From assembly GCA_040901675.1 (NCBI GenBank), contig JBBDYJ010000014.1, positions 72,559 to 136,558 of the forward strand: DNA of 64,000 bases. Direction: 5' to 3'. Both the position numbers and the translations under genes were made by a program. The notes beneath the pieces were generated by a model. It was not told the DNA's origin. It did not search any database and saw only the letters and a program-made list of their open reading frames with translations. Of the stretch, positions 1-7,087 are shown in pieces. This stretch comes from Pirellulales bacterium. Lineage in GTDB: Bacteria > Planctomycetota > Planctomycetia > Pirellulales > JAICIG01. Numbering within the stretch: the first letter of the stretch is position 1; every line of letters begins with the position of its first letter.

Positions 1-38
1 GGACAATTTGATCGCGTCTGCCTGCGCCCTCTTGGGAG

Positions 39-110
39 TATCCCGACCTGGAGTCGAACCAGGACTTCGACCTTCGGAGGGTCGCGTGCGCTCCACTACA
101 CCATCGAGAC
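39..110 (-). tRNA. tRNA-Arg(CCG)
   Basis: Reverse complement folds as a cloverleaf; anticodon arm CGACC-CTCCGAA-GGTCG, T-loop GGTTCGACTCC; no encoded CCA. Confidence 0.85.
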
Positions 111-125
111 AATTTCGTTCCAAAG

Positions 126-199
126 AGCCGACGACTGGATTTGCACCAGCATCGTCCGGTTTACAAAACCGGCGCCTTTCTTGTTCGAGCCACGTCGGC
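126..199 (-). tRNA. tRNA-Thr(TGT)
   Basis: Acceptor GCCGACG/CGTCGGC; anticodon arm CCGGT-TTTGTAA-ACCGG; atypical T-loop GGTGCAAATCC. Confidence 0.8.
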
Positions 200-203
200 A
201 AAG

Positions 204-273
204 CACGGACGCGAGGAGTCGAACCCCGTGCGGCGGTTTTGGAGGCCGCCTGCTCACCCGGGAGCACGCCCGT
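204..273 (-). tRNA. tRNA-Trp(CCA)
   Basis: Anticodon loop CTCCAAA, T-arm GGGGTTCGACTCCT, G73. Confidence 0.8.
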
Positions 274-286
274 ACGATACGAACGA

Positions 287-320
287 CTGGGGCACGCTAA
301 CGCTTTGCCCCAGGCACCCG
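287..320. repeat. REP-like palindrome family A (CTGGGGCACGCT...CGCTTTGCCCCAG)
   Basis: Related copies at ~23006, 24610, 24679, 40507 and 55960. Confidence 0.8.
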
Positions 321-334
321 CGCTACTTTCGAAG

Positions 335-421
335 CGGAAGGCAAGGGACTCGAACCCTCATCTCCACGTGGGAGAACCGCCTTAGCAAAGCGGCCCGGCC
401 AACCGTATCCGGCTACCTTCC
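335..421 (-). tRNA. tRNA-Ser(GCT)
   Basis: Anticodon arm CCGCT-TTGCTAA-GGCGG, long variable arm, G73. Confidence 0.85.
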
Positions 422-444
422 AAACAATCGCCAAGCGTCATCAG

Positions 445-515
445 TGGACCGCCGGGGAGTCGAACCCCGATCTCCTGGTTGCAGGCCAGGTGTCTTCCCG
501 TTGGACCAGCAGCCC
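445..515 (-). tRNA. tRNA-Ala(TGC)
   Basis: Anticodon arm CCTGG-CCTGCAA-CCAGG; G3:U70 identity pair present; A73. Confidence 0.85.
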
Positions 516-530
516 TTGTTTTTCTTGCAG

Positions 531-601
531 AGGTCCGTCCGGGAATTGAACCCGGCCCTCCTCCTTACCGAGGAGGCGTGCCGCCGAAACACCTACAGAC
601 C
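531..601 (-). tRNA. tRNA-Thr(GGT)
   Basis: Anticodon arm CCTCC-TCGGTAA-GGAGG; T-arm CCGGGTTCAATTCCCGG. Confidence 0.8.
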
Positions 602-615
602 GAACTTTTTCAAAA

Positions 616-688
616 TGATCCCGGATGGAATCGAACCATCGCTTTCCTGGTTGTCATCCAGGCGTCTTTGCCGTTGGACCACGGGATC
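616..688 (-). tRNA. tRNA-Val(GAC)
   Basis: Acceptor GATCCCG/CGGGATC; anticodon arm CCTGG-ATGACAA-CCAGG. Confidence 0.85.
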
Positions 689-700
689 CAGCGTCCGCAG

Positions 701-776
701 TGGCCGAGGTGGGAGTCGAACCCACAGAGTCACGAGGCCCTCGACCTCGTCGCTTTTCCCGTTTGCGTACCCGGCC
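701..776 (-). tRNA. tRNA-Leu(GAG), short variable arm
   Basis: Anticodon arm CGAGG-TCGAGGG-CCTCG; T-arm GTGGGTTCGACTCCCAC; A73. Confidence 0.75.
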
Positions 777-852
777 GTTGAAAAAGGAGGAAGGAGGAAG
801 GAGGAATCAGAACAGGATTCCTTCAGTCACGTCCCTTCCAATTTTTGTTAAG

Positions 853-921
853 TTGCAGGTCCGGGAGTCGCACCCGGCGTGCGGAGCTTATGAGGCTCCA
901 CTGAGCACTGGCTCACCTGCG
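853..921 (-). tRNA. tRNA-Met(CAT), initiator-like C1:A72 mismatch, reduced D-arm
   Basis: Anticodon arm GGAGC-CTCATAA-GCTCC; T-loop GGGTGCGACTCCC. Confidence 0.7.
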
Positions 922-987
922 GCATCGCGGCGACGAAGGAGTAAGGGGTAATCCGTATGGCCCCCTCTTCGACCGCCTTTCAAAAAG

Positions 988-1062
988 CGTCCCCGGCGGG
1001 ATTTGAACCCGCGGCCTCCACCTTGACAGGGTGGCGAGCACTCCAGGCTGCTCCACGAGGAC
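988..1062 (-). tRNA. tRNA-Asp(GTC)
   Basis: Anticodon arm CCACC-CTGTCAA-GGTGG; D-arm GAGCAGCCTGGAGTGCTC; G73. Confidence 0.9.
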
Positions 1063-1084
1063 GGTTCTCTGCGTGTTTCTTCAG

Positions 1085-1155
1085 CTCGGGGAGATGGATT
1101 CGAACCACCACGACCTGGTTCAAAGCCAGGCGGCCTGCCGTTAGCCGATCCCCGA
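1085..1155 (-). tRNA. tRNA-Gln(TTG)
   Basis: U1:A72, anticodon arm CCTGG-CTTTGAA-CCAGG, G73. Confidence 0.9.
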
Positions 1156-1156
1156 G

Positions 1157-1230
1157 TGGCTCGTATGGGAATCGAACCCATCTCCCCGCCTTGAAAGGGC
1201 GGTATCCTCAAACCGATAGACGAACGAGCC
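1157..1230 (-). tRNA. tRNA-Glu(TTC)
   Basis: Anticodon arm CCGCC-CTTTCAA-GGCGG; T-arm ATGGGTTCGATTCCCAT. Confidence 0.9.
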
Positions 1231-1252
1231 ATGAGCGCCGATTTGTAGTGCC

Positions 1253-1350
1253 AACCAACAAAAAACCCGGTGCCAACAAAAAACCCGGTGCCAACAAAAA
1301 ACCCGGTGCCCCAACAAAAAACCCGGTGCCCCAACAAAAAACCCGGTGCC
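1253..1350. repeat. Tandem repeat, 5 x AACAAAAAACCCGGTGCC(CC)
   Basis: Directly visible; the unit is the 3' arm plus U-tract of the adjacent minus-strand terminator. Confidence 0.95.
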
Positions 1351-1364
1351 ATTGTGACACCGGG
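1333..1364 (-). terminator. Intrinsic terminator in the leader of the tRNA array
   Basis: CCCGGTG-tcacaatgg-CACCGGG-TTTTTTGTT on the minus strand. Confidence 0.8.
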
Positions 1365-1398
1365 CCTTATCAGCTCCGTACGGGGTTGCGGCCCAGCG

Positions 1399-1509
1399 TC
1401 ACAAGCGCAAACGTTGCGGGGTCAGGCTACTCGCGAGCATAGTATCCTGCTCCGCGGGCAAACCCGCCGCTGTGCGTTCTTGGAGTGAACTGGGCCGCCA
1501 AAGAGTCAT
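1399..1509 (-). CDS. Putative leader peptide MTLWRPSSLQERTAAGLPAEQDTMLASSLTPQRLRL (alternative start 1440: MLASSLTPQRLRL)
   Basis: ATG with upstream GAGGA; second in-frame ATG with AGGA 4 nt upstream; stop overlaps a predicted antiterminator strand. Confidence 0.5.
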   Translation of the reverse strand: MTLWRPSSLQERTAAGLPAEQDTMLASSLTPQRLRL

Positions 1510-1697
1510 TGAAGGGCTTAATCCTCTTGAACTGAATCCTCTGGAAATCAGGCCGTATTGGCGGTGGGAGGGCTCCATCCGCCTCTCGTGCGCCTCTGCC
1601 CTTTAGACGCCGGCCGGCGGTCAATGGTTCGCAGGAATTGAAGAAGTTTTCGCCCCCCGCGGGACCCATTGCTTCTTCGCCGGCCCCCCCGCGTCTC

Positions 1698-1738
1698 TTG
1701 ACAGGCCGGCCCCCTCGTGATACTTTGCAATGCAAAGT
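1698..1738 (+). promoter_or_regulatory. Sigma70-like promoter overlapped by palindromic operator ACTTTGCAATGCAAAGT
   Basis: TTGACA-N17-TACTTT with extended TG; palindrome at 1722-1738. Confidence 0.7.
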
Positions 1739-1771
1739 GAGTGGACAACGACATCCATGAGGTCGCCGGCC

Positions 1772-2380
1772 ATGGAGTTGAAAGAAGCACTGGCCCAGAT
1801 TTCCCAGATCCGCGAGCACATGGCCCGGACCGAGGTGTTCCGCGGCTATCGCTCGTTGACCGTCGGCTTGTCGGGCGCCTTGGCCCTGGCGGCCGCGATC
1901 GGGCAGACGCTCTGGCTTCCGCGGCCGCTCGAACAACTGGCAAGCTACCTGGCTCTCTGGATCGGTGTGGCGGTAATCAGCGCGGTGGCGGCCGGCGGTG
2001 AAATGTGGACCCGCGCACGCCGGGCCCGCTCGTCGGTCGCCAGACAAATGACGCTTCTGGCGGTCGAGCAGTTCTTGCCCAGCCTCGTGGCCGGCGCCGT
2101 GCTGACCGCGGTGATCGTCCGGCGGGCCGCCGAGTCGGCCTGGATGCTCCCCGGCCTGTGGGCACTGTGTTTCAGCCTGGGGGTGTTCGCCTCCTACCGC
2201 CTGCTGCCGCGGCCCGTGTTCTGGGTGGGCGTTTACTACCTGGTCGGCGGGGTGCTGGCCCTGGCGTGGGGCCAGGGGGAGGCGGCCCTGTCGCCTTGGT
2301 CGATGGCAATCTCGTTCGGCGGCGGGCAGCTTTTGGCCGCCGCGATCCTGTACTTCACCTTGGAACGAGGCAACGATTGA
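1772..2380 (+). CDS. Integral membrane protein (about 6 TM helices), of the kind coupled to winged-helix regulators
   Basis: Hydrophobic ORF, GAGGT RBS, N-terminal 'ALAQISQIREHM'. Confidence 0.75.
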   Translation: MELKEALAQISQIREHMARTEVFRGYRSLTVGLSGALALAAAIGQTLWLPRPLEQLASYLALWIGVAVISAVAAGGEMWTRARRARSSVARQMTLLAVEQFLPSLVAGAVLTAVIVRRAAESAWMLPGLWALCFSLGVFASYRLLPRPVFWVGVYYLVGGVLALAWGQGEAALSPWSMAISFGGGQLLAAAILYFTLERGND

Positions 2381-2778
2381 GCGGGCGAGCCAGACAGAAA
2401 GCGAGCAAGCAGACCGACGGGCGGTTTGCCTACGAGGGGCTCGAACGCGCGATCCATGAAAAGGCGCGGTTGGGAATCCTCACGTCCCTGGCGGCACATC
2501 AGGAGGGACTGCCGTTCAACGACCTTAAGGAGCTCTGTTCGCTGACCGACGGGAATCTGAGCCGCCACCTGGCCGTGCTGGAAGAGGCCGGGTTGGTCAC
2601 GATGAACAAGCTCGCGCAACGGGGACGGCCGCAGACCGTCGCCGTCATGACGCCGTCTGGCCGGCGCCGCTTCCAGCAGTACATCAACGTGCTGGAGCAG
2701 GTGGTGGCCGACGCGGTGAAGAGCCAGGAGCAGGCCGCCCCGAGTTCCAAGCTGTCGCACGGCTGGTCGCCGGGGTAA
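2377..2778 (+). CDS. Winged-helix (MarR/ArsR-like, HTH_34) transcriptional regulator
   Basis: IHEKARLGILTSL...FNDLKELCSLTDGNLSRHLAVLEEAGLV; TTG start overlaps the upstream TGA. Confidence 0.85.
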   Translation: MSGRARQKASKQTDGRFAYEGLERAIHEKARLGILTSLAAHQEGLPFNDLKELCSLTDGNLSRHLAVLEEAGLVTMNKLAQRGRPQTVAVMTPSGRRRFQQYINVLEQVVADAVKSQEQAAPSSKLSHGWSPG

Positions 2779-2815
2779 ACGTGTCGCCTTATCAGGTGTT
2801 TCTTGTTGCCTATTA

Positions 2816-2832
2816 ACTTTGCAATGCAAAGT
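2816..2832. promoter_or_regulatory. Second copy of palindromic operator ACTTTGCAATGCAAAGT
   Basis: Identical 17-mer to 1722-1738, directly upstream of ispH. Confidence 0.75.
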
Positions 2833-2849
2833 CATGGCGCGGGAGGTGG

Positions 2850-3758
2850 ATGCAAAGAATGAAAGTAATTCCGGCGGAAGTATTGGGGATGTGTTTCGGC
2901 GTTCGGGATGCCCTGCGCCGGGCCATGCTCGTTGAACGTCCGGACCAGACGACGATCGATGGCGAGCTGGTACACAACCGCGTGGTGCTGGAGCGACTCG
3001 AACTGCGCGGCTTCCGCCAGACGGCCGAGCAGGGGCGTCGCGAGATACCGGCGACGCCGTCCGTCCTGATCACCGCCCATGGGATCAGCGACAGCCGGCG
3101 ATTGCGGCTGCTCGAGTCGGGCAGCCAGTTGATCGACACCACCTGCCCGCTGGTGCGGCGCGTCCACGAGGCGGCCGGGCAGCTCCAGCGCGAGGGCTTC
3201 CATGTGCTGGTCCTGGGGAAGCCGGGGCACGTGGAGGTCCAGGGCGTGGTCGAAGATCTCGACAGTTGTGACGTGGTCGGCGCCCCGGAACAAGTGCGAG
3301 CGTTTGGTCATTCACGGCTGGGCATCGTCTGCCAGACCACCATGCCCGTACACCTGGCCGACGAGCTTTGCCGGCTCATTCGCTGCCACAACCCGCACGC
3401 CGAGATCCGGTTCATCGACACCGTCTGTGAACCGACGCGCCGCAGGCAGCAAGCCATGGAGGCATTGCTGCCGCAAGTGCAGGCCGTCGTCGTGGTCGGC
3501 GGGCGCAACTCGAACAACACGCTGCAACTAGTCGCCCTGTGCAACCAGCACGATGTGCCGGTGTTGCACGTCGAGAGCGCGGCCGAGCTGGATGCGGCCT
3601 GGCTCGCCCGCTATCAAACCGTCGGCCTGGCTGCCGGCACTTCCACGCTCGACGAGACGATCGCCGAGGTCCACGAAGCACTGAACCGTTATCCGGCGCA
3701 GCAGAGCACGAGTGAATGTTCTCGTGCTGGGAGTACCAAACCCAATCCAAGGACCTAA
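2850..3758 (+). CDS. ispH: 4-hydroxy-3-methylbut-2-enyl diphosphate reductase
   Basis: GMCFGV, LVHN, TAHG, DTTCPLV, HVEV, QTT, DTVC, NSNNT motifs. Confidence 0.95.
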   Translation: MQRMKVIPAEVLGMCFGVRDALRRAMLVERPDQTTIDGELVHNRVVLERLELRGFRQTAEQGRREIPATPSVLITAHGISDSRRLRLLESGSQLIDTTCPLVRRVHEAAGQLQREGFHVLVLGKPGHVEVQGVVEDLDSCDVVGAPEQVRAFGHSRLGIVCQTTMPVHLADELCRLIRCHNPHAEIRFIDTVCEPTRRRQQAMEALLPQVQAVVVVGGRNSNNTLQLVALCNQHDVPVLHVESAAELDAAWLARYQTVGLAAGTSTLDETIAEVHEALNRYPAQQSTSECSRAGSTKPNPRT

Positions 3759-3761
3759 CGG

Positions 3762-5273
3762 ATGCGTCTCCTTCCGATGCCGCAGGCCATGCGGATTGCA
3801 CCGCGGCTTGACCCAGAGTTGCAAGTAGGGCCTGTTACCGGGCGGCGCGCACTCTTGATCAATCCCTTTTATCCTAAGGACCCGCACGCGAGCTTCGGCA
3901 AGCACGTGCTGACGCCCAGCCTGGCCCTGACGAGCGTGGCGGGCAGCACACCGCCCAATTGCGACGTGGCCTATTGGGATGAAAATCTTCTGCAGGGCCC
4001 ACCGCCTTGGCGGCCTTTTCCGCAGGTGGTCGGCATCACCGTGCATCTGACCTTTGCCGAGCGGGCGTATGCACTGGCGCGGTGGTACCGCCAGCGCGGG
4101 GCGAAAGTGATCTTGGGCGGGCTGCACGTATTATCCTGTCCCCAGGAGGCTGAGCCGCACGCCGATGCCTTGGCGATCGGCGATGGCGTGCACGTATGGC
4201 CGCGGATCCTCCGCGACATCGAAGCCGGCCGTCTGGAGCGCGTCTACCGCGGGGATTACCGGCGGCCTTATCGCGACGACCCGCCGCCTCGCCGCAGCTT
4301 GCTGCCCCGCCGCGGTTTCTTGACGACATCCAGCCTGATCGCCACGCGCGGTTGTCACAACCGCTGCGGATTCTGCTATCTGTCCACCGAGGGCTTGCAC
4401 ATGCCTTACCTGGTCCGCGACGTCGAGCAGATCGTGGCCGAGTTTCGCGCCGATGACCAGCCCTATGGCGTGTTCATCGACAACAATCTCGGTTCCCGGC
4501 CTGAGTACTTGCGCCGCCTCTGCCGGGCAGTGGCGCCTTTGGAAAAAATCTGGAGCGCCGCGGTCACGATCGACGTGACCGACGATCCCGACCTCGTTCG
4601 CGAGATGGCGCTGGCCGGTTGCACGGGAGTCTTCGTTGGATTCGAGTCGCTTCAGAACGATAATATCGTCGCCGCCCACAAGAAAAGCCCCCGTCCGGAC
4701 GACTACGCGCGGCGGGTTGAGGTGCTGCATCGTCACGGAATCCAGGTGAACGGCAGCTTCGTGCTCGGCTTCGACCACGACCGGCCGGACGTGTTCCAGA
4801 ATACCGCTCGCTGGATCGAAGAGAACCGCCTCGAATGCGCGACATTTCACATTCTCACGCCCTACCCCGGCACACCACTTTTTGCCCAGATGGAGGCCGA
4901 GGGACGGCTGTTGCACAAGGACTGGAGTCTGTACGACACCGGCCACGTCGTCTTTCGGCCGCGGCACCTCTCGGTGGACGAACTGGCCGAGGGTTACGCC
5001 TGGTGCTACCGCCGGTTGTTCTCACACCGCTCCATCTGGCGGCGGCGCCCGCGTGACGTTCGGGCGGTTCCGCCGTACTTGGCAATGTCCTACCTCTACA
5101 AGCGGTCGAACCTGTTCTGGCACTTTCTGATTCGCCACCAACTCACCGGCCTGGTCTGGCGGCCCTTGGTCGAGATTACGCGCCGCCGGCATCTGCGATT
5201 CCGCGCACGGCTGGCGGGCGCCGCTTCGCCCCTGGGCCGGCAAACTGGCACTGTTGTTTCACCCGGCGTTTGA
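3762..5273 (+). CDS. B12-binding-domain radical SAM protein
   Basis: VILGGLH cobalamin-binding segment; TRGCHNRCGFC (CxxxCxxC); GFES; LTPYPGT. Confidence 0.9.
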   Translation: MRLLPMPQAMRIAPRLDPELQVGPVTGRRALLINPFYPKDPHASFGKHVLTPSLALTSVAGSTPPNCDVAYWDENLLQGPPPWRPFPQVVGITVHLTFAERAYALARWYRQRGAKVILGGLHVLSCPQEAEPHADALAIGDGVHVWPRILRDIEAGRLERVYRGDYRRPYRDDPPPRRSLLPRRGFLTTSSLIATRGCHNRCGFCYLSTEGLHMPYLVRDVEQIVAEFRADDQPYGVFIDNNLGSRPEYLRRLCRAVAPLEKIWSAAVTIDVTDDPDLVREMALAGCTGVFVGFESLQNDNIVAAHKKSPRPDDYARRVEVLHRHGIQVNGSFVLGFDHDRPDVFQNTARWIEENRLECATFHILTPYPGTPLFAQMEAEGRLLHKDWSLYDTGHVVFRPRHLSVDELAEGYAWCYRRLFSHRSIWRRRPRDVRAVPPYLAMSYLYKRSNLFWHFLIRHQLTGLVWRPLVEITRRRHLRFRARLAGAASPLGRQTGTVVSPGV

Positions 5274-5398
5274 AGCGCCGCGCGTCGTGCAATGTCGTAT
5301 CTACTGATTGCTTCCCGCCGCTCTTGACTTAACCGTTCAATCCGTCGAAGTTGAACCTGGGCCGCCGCCTGACCCGGCCTTCACCTTGCAGGATTGCC

Positions 5399-7060
5399 AT
5401 GTCGAACGCGGAATCATCTCTGCCTCACTATGCCGCCTCGGTCGCGGTCGCCAAGCCCGCCGCTCGGGAGGAGCGCCGCGAAGCCGGCGCCGCTGGTCAG
5501 GAGCTGGGCGATCAACCGCCCGTGCGCTGGCGGGAAATGCTGGCGGTCGTGCTGTTGGTTGCGCTGTGCGACGTGACCATCTATCGCGGAGAAGGTTTTA
5601 GCGGCCTGGCGCTGTTGACGGCCGTTGCCCCGGCACTCCTTTTGTTGGGCAACCCGCGACGCTGGCTGGGGGCGAGCACGTGGATCGTTGGCGGAATGCT
5701 CTTCCTGCTGGCGGCCCGGATGGCTTGGCTCGGATCCGCGTTGGCGGCCGCGGCGGGGTTTGCCCTGCTGGCCGGCTTCTCCCTGGCACTTCACGGGCGG
5801 CGGCCTTACGTGCTCGACGTGCTCGTCCACGCGCTGCAGACGGCCGGGGCAGGCTTTCACGGACTGGTGTGCTACTGGCGGTCGGTGGCTCGGTTCGGCC
5901 CGCAGATCCCGCGCATACTCTGGTTGAACCTGGCACTGCCGCTGGGGGCGCTCGTCGCGTTCGGGGCGTTATTCGTGCTGGCCAACCCCGACCTGCTGAC
6001 GTCGTTCACCGAGGCCGCCAGCCGGTTCTTCCGCGCATTGCGGGATTGGATCGAAGGGTTCGCGGAGAACTTCTGGGAGGTCACTTTCTGGCTGCTGGTG
6101 GCCTGGATCGCGGCCGGTTTGCTGCGGCCGCTAGTGGGCCGCTCATTGTTGGCGTCGTGCTGGCGGGACAACCACGTCGAGGGCAGCGACGAAGGGGAGT
6201 CGAAAGAATCCGCATTCTACACAGCGCTGCGGAACACGTTGGTGGCGGTGATCGTCCTGTTTGCCATCTACCTGGTGTTCGAATTCCGGACGCTCTGGTT
6301 CCGCGATTTTCCGGAGGGCTTTTATTACGCCGGGTACGCGCACGAAGGGGCCGCCTGGCTGACGGCCGCCCTGGCTTTAGCCACGCTGGTGCTGTCGCTG
6401 ATCTTCCGCGGGCAGGTGCTGGCCGATCCCCGGCTGGGCAGGCTGCGAAAGCTGGCCTGGATCTGGTCGGCCGAGAACCTGGTGCTCGCACTCACCGTGT
6501 ACAACCGCATGCACATCTACGTCGACTTCAACGGCATGACCCGGATGCGGACCATCGGCCTGTTCGGCATCTCGGCCGTGCTGATCGGTTTCTGCCTGGT
6601 GCTCTGGAAGATCTTGTACAACCGCGGCTTCGCCTGGCTGATCGAGCGGCAGCTCTGGACGCTGGCCATCGCGGTCTACCTGTTCGCCTTGACGCCCGTC
6701 GACGCGCTGGTCCATAGCTACAATGTGCGCCGCGTGCTGGCCGGCGACCTGGCGCCATCGGTGCAGATCAGCGTGCACCCGATTGACTCCCAGGGCATAC
6801 TCGTCCTCGGCCCGCTGCTGAACTGCCGGGACGAAATCATCCGCGAAGGCGTCCGGGCGATGCTGGCCGAGCGCGCCATCCAGGCCGAGCGGCTAGCCGG
6901 CGAGCGGGCCAAGCTCGGCTGGACGAGCTACCAGCTTGCCGACAATCTCCTGTTGGAGCGGCTCCACGCCGGCCGTGAAGATTGGAAGGAGTATCTTGAC
7001 GCCTCGAAGCGGGCGGCGGCGATCGAGCGCTTCGATAAGTACGCCTATCAGTGGTACTAA
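5399..7060 (+). CDS. DUF4153/DUF4173-like polytopic membrane protein
   Basis: Multiple TM segments; LFVLANP, YAGYAHEG, RMHIYVDFNGMTRMR. Confidence 0.75.
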   Translation: MSNAESSLPHYAASVAVAKPAAREERREAGAAGQELGDQPPVRWREMLAVVLLVALCDVTIYRGEGFSGLALLTAVAPALLLLGNPRRWLGASTWIVGGMLFLLAARMAWLGSALAAAAGFALLAGFSLALHGRRPYVLDVLVHALQTAGAGFHGLVCYWRSVARFGPQIPRILWLNLALPLGALVAFGALFVLANPDLLTSFTEAASRFFRALRDWIEGFAENFWEVTFWLLVAWIAAGLLRPLVGRSLLASCWRDNHVEGSDEGESKESAFYTALRNTLVAVIVLFAIYLVFEFRTLWFRDFPEGFYYAGYAHEGAAWLTAALALATLVLSLIFRGQVLADPRLGRLRKLAWIWSAENLVLALTVYNRMHIYVDFNGMTRMRTIGLFGISAVLIGFCLVLWKILYNRGFAWLIERQLWTLAIAVYLFALTPVDALVHSYNVRRVLAGDLAPSVQISVHPIDSQGILVLGPLLNCRDEIIREGVRAMLAERAIQAERLAGERAKLGWTSYQLADNLLLERLHAGREDWKEYLDASKRAAAIERFDKYAYQWY

Positions 7061-7085
7061 ACGCATGAATGCGGTCACTACAAAC
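7061..7085. repeat. REP-like family C (GTAGTGACCGCATTCATGCG)
   Basis: Related copies at 40410-40505 and 40590-40615. Confidence 0.65.
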
Positions 7086-7087
7086 AA

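Noticed and set aside
922..987. Additional tRNA between Met and Asp
   Set aside because: Only a weak hairpin; no T-loop or cloverleaf
1253..1350. CRISPR array
   Set aside because: The 18-20 nt units are directly adjacent with no unique spacers, and there are no cas genes
8..1488. ORFs overlapping the tRNA array
   Set aside because: Shadow translations of tRNA genes and tandem repeats
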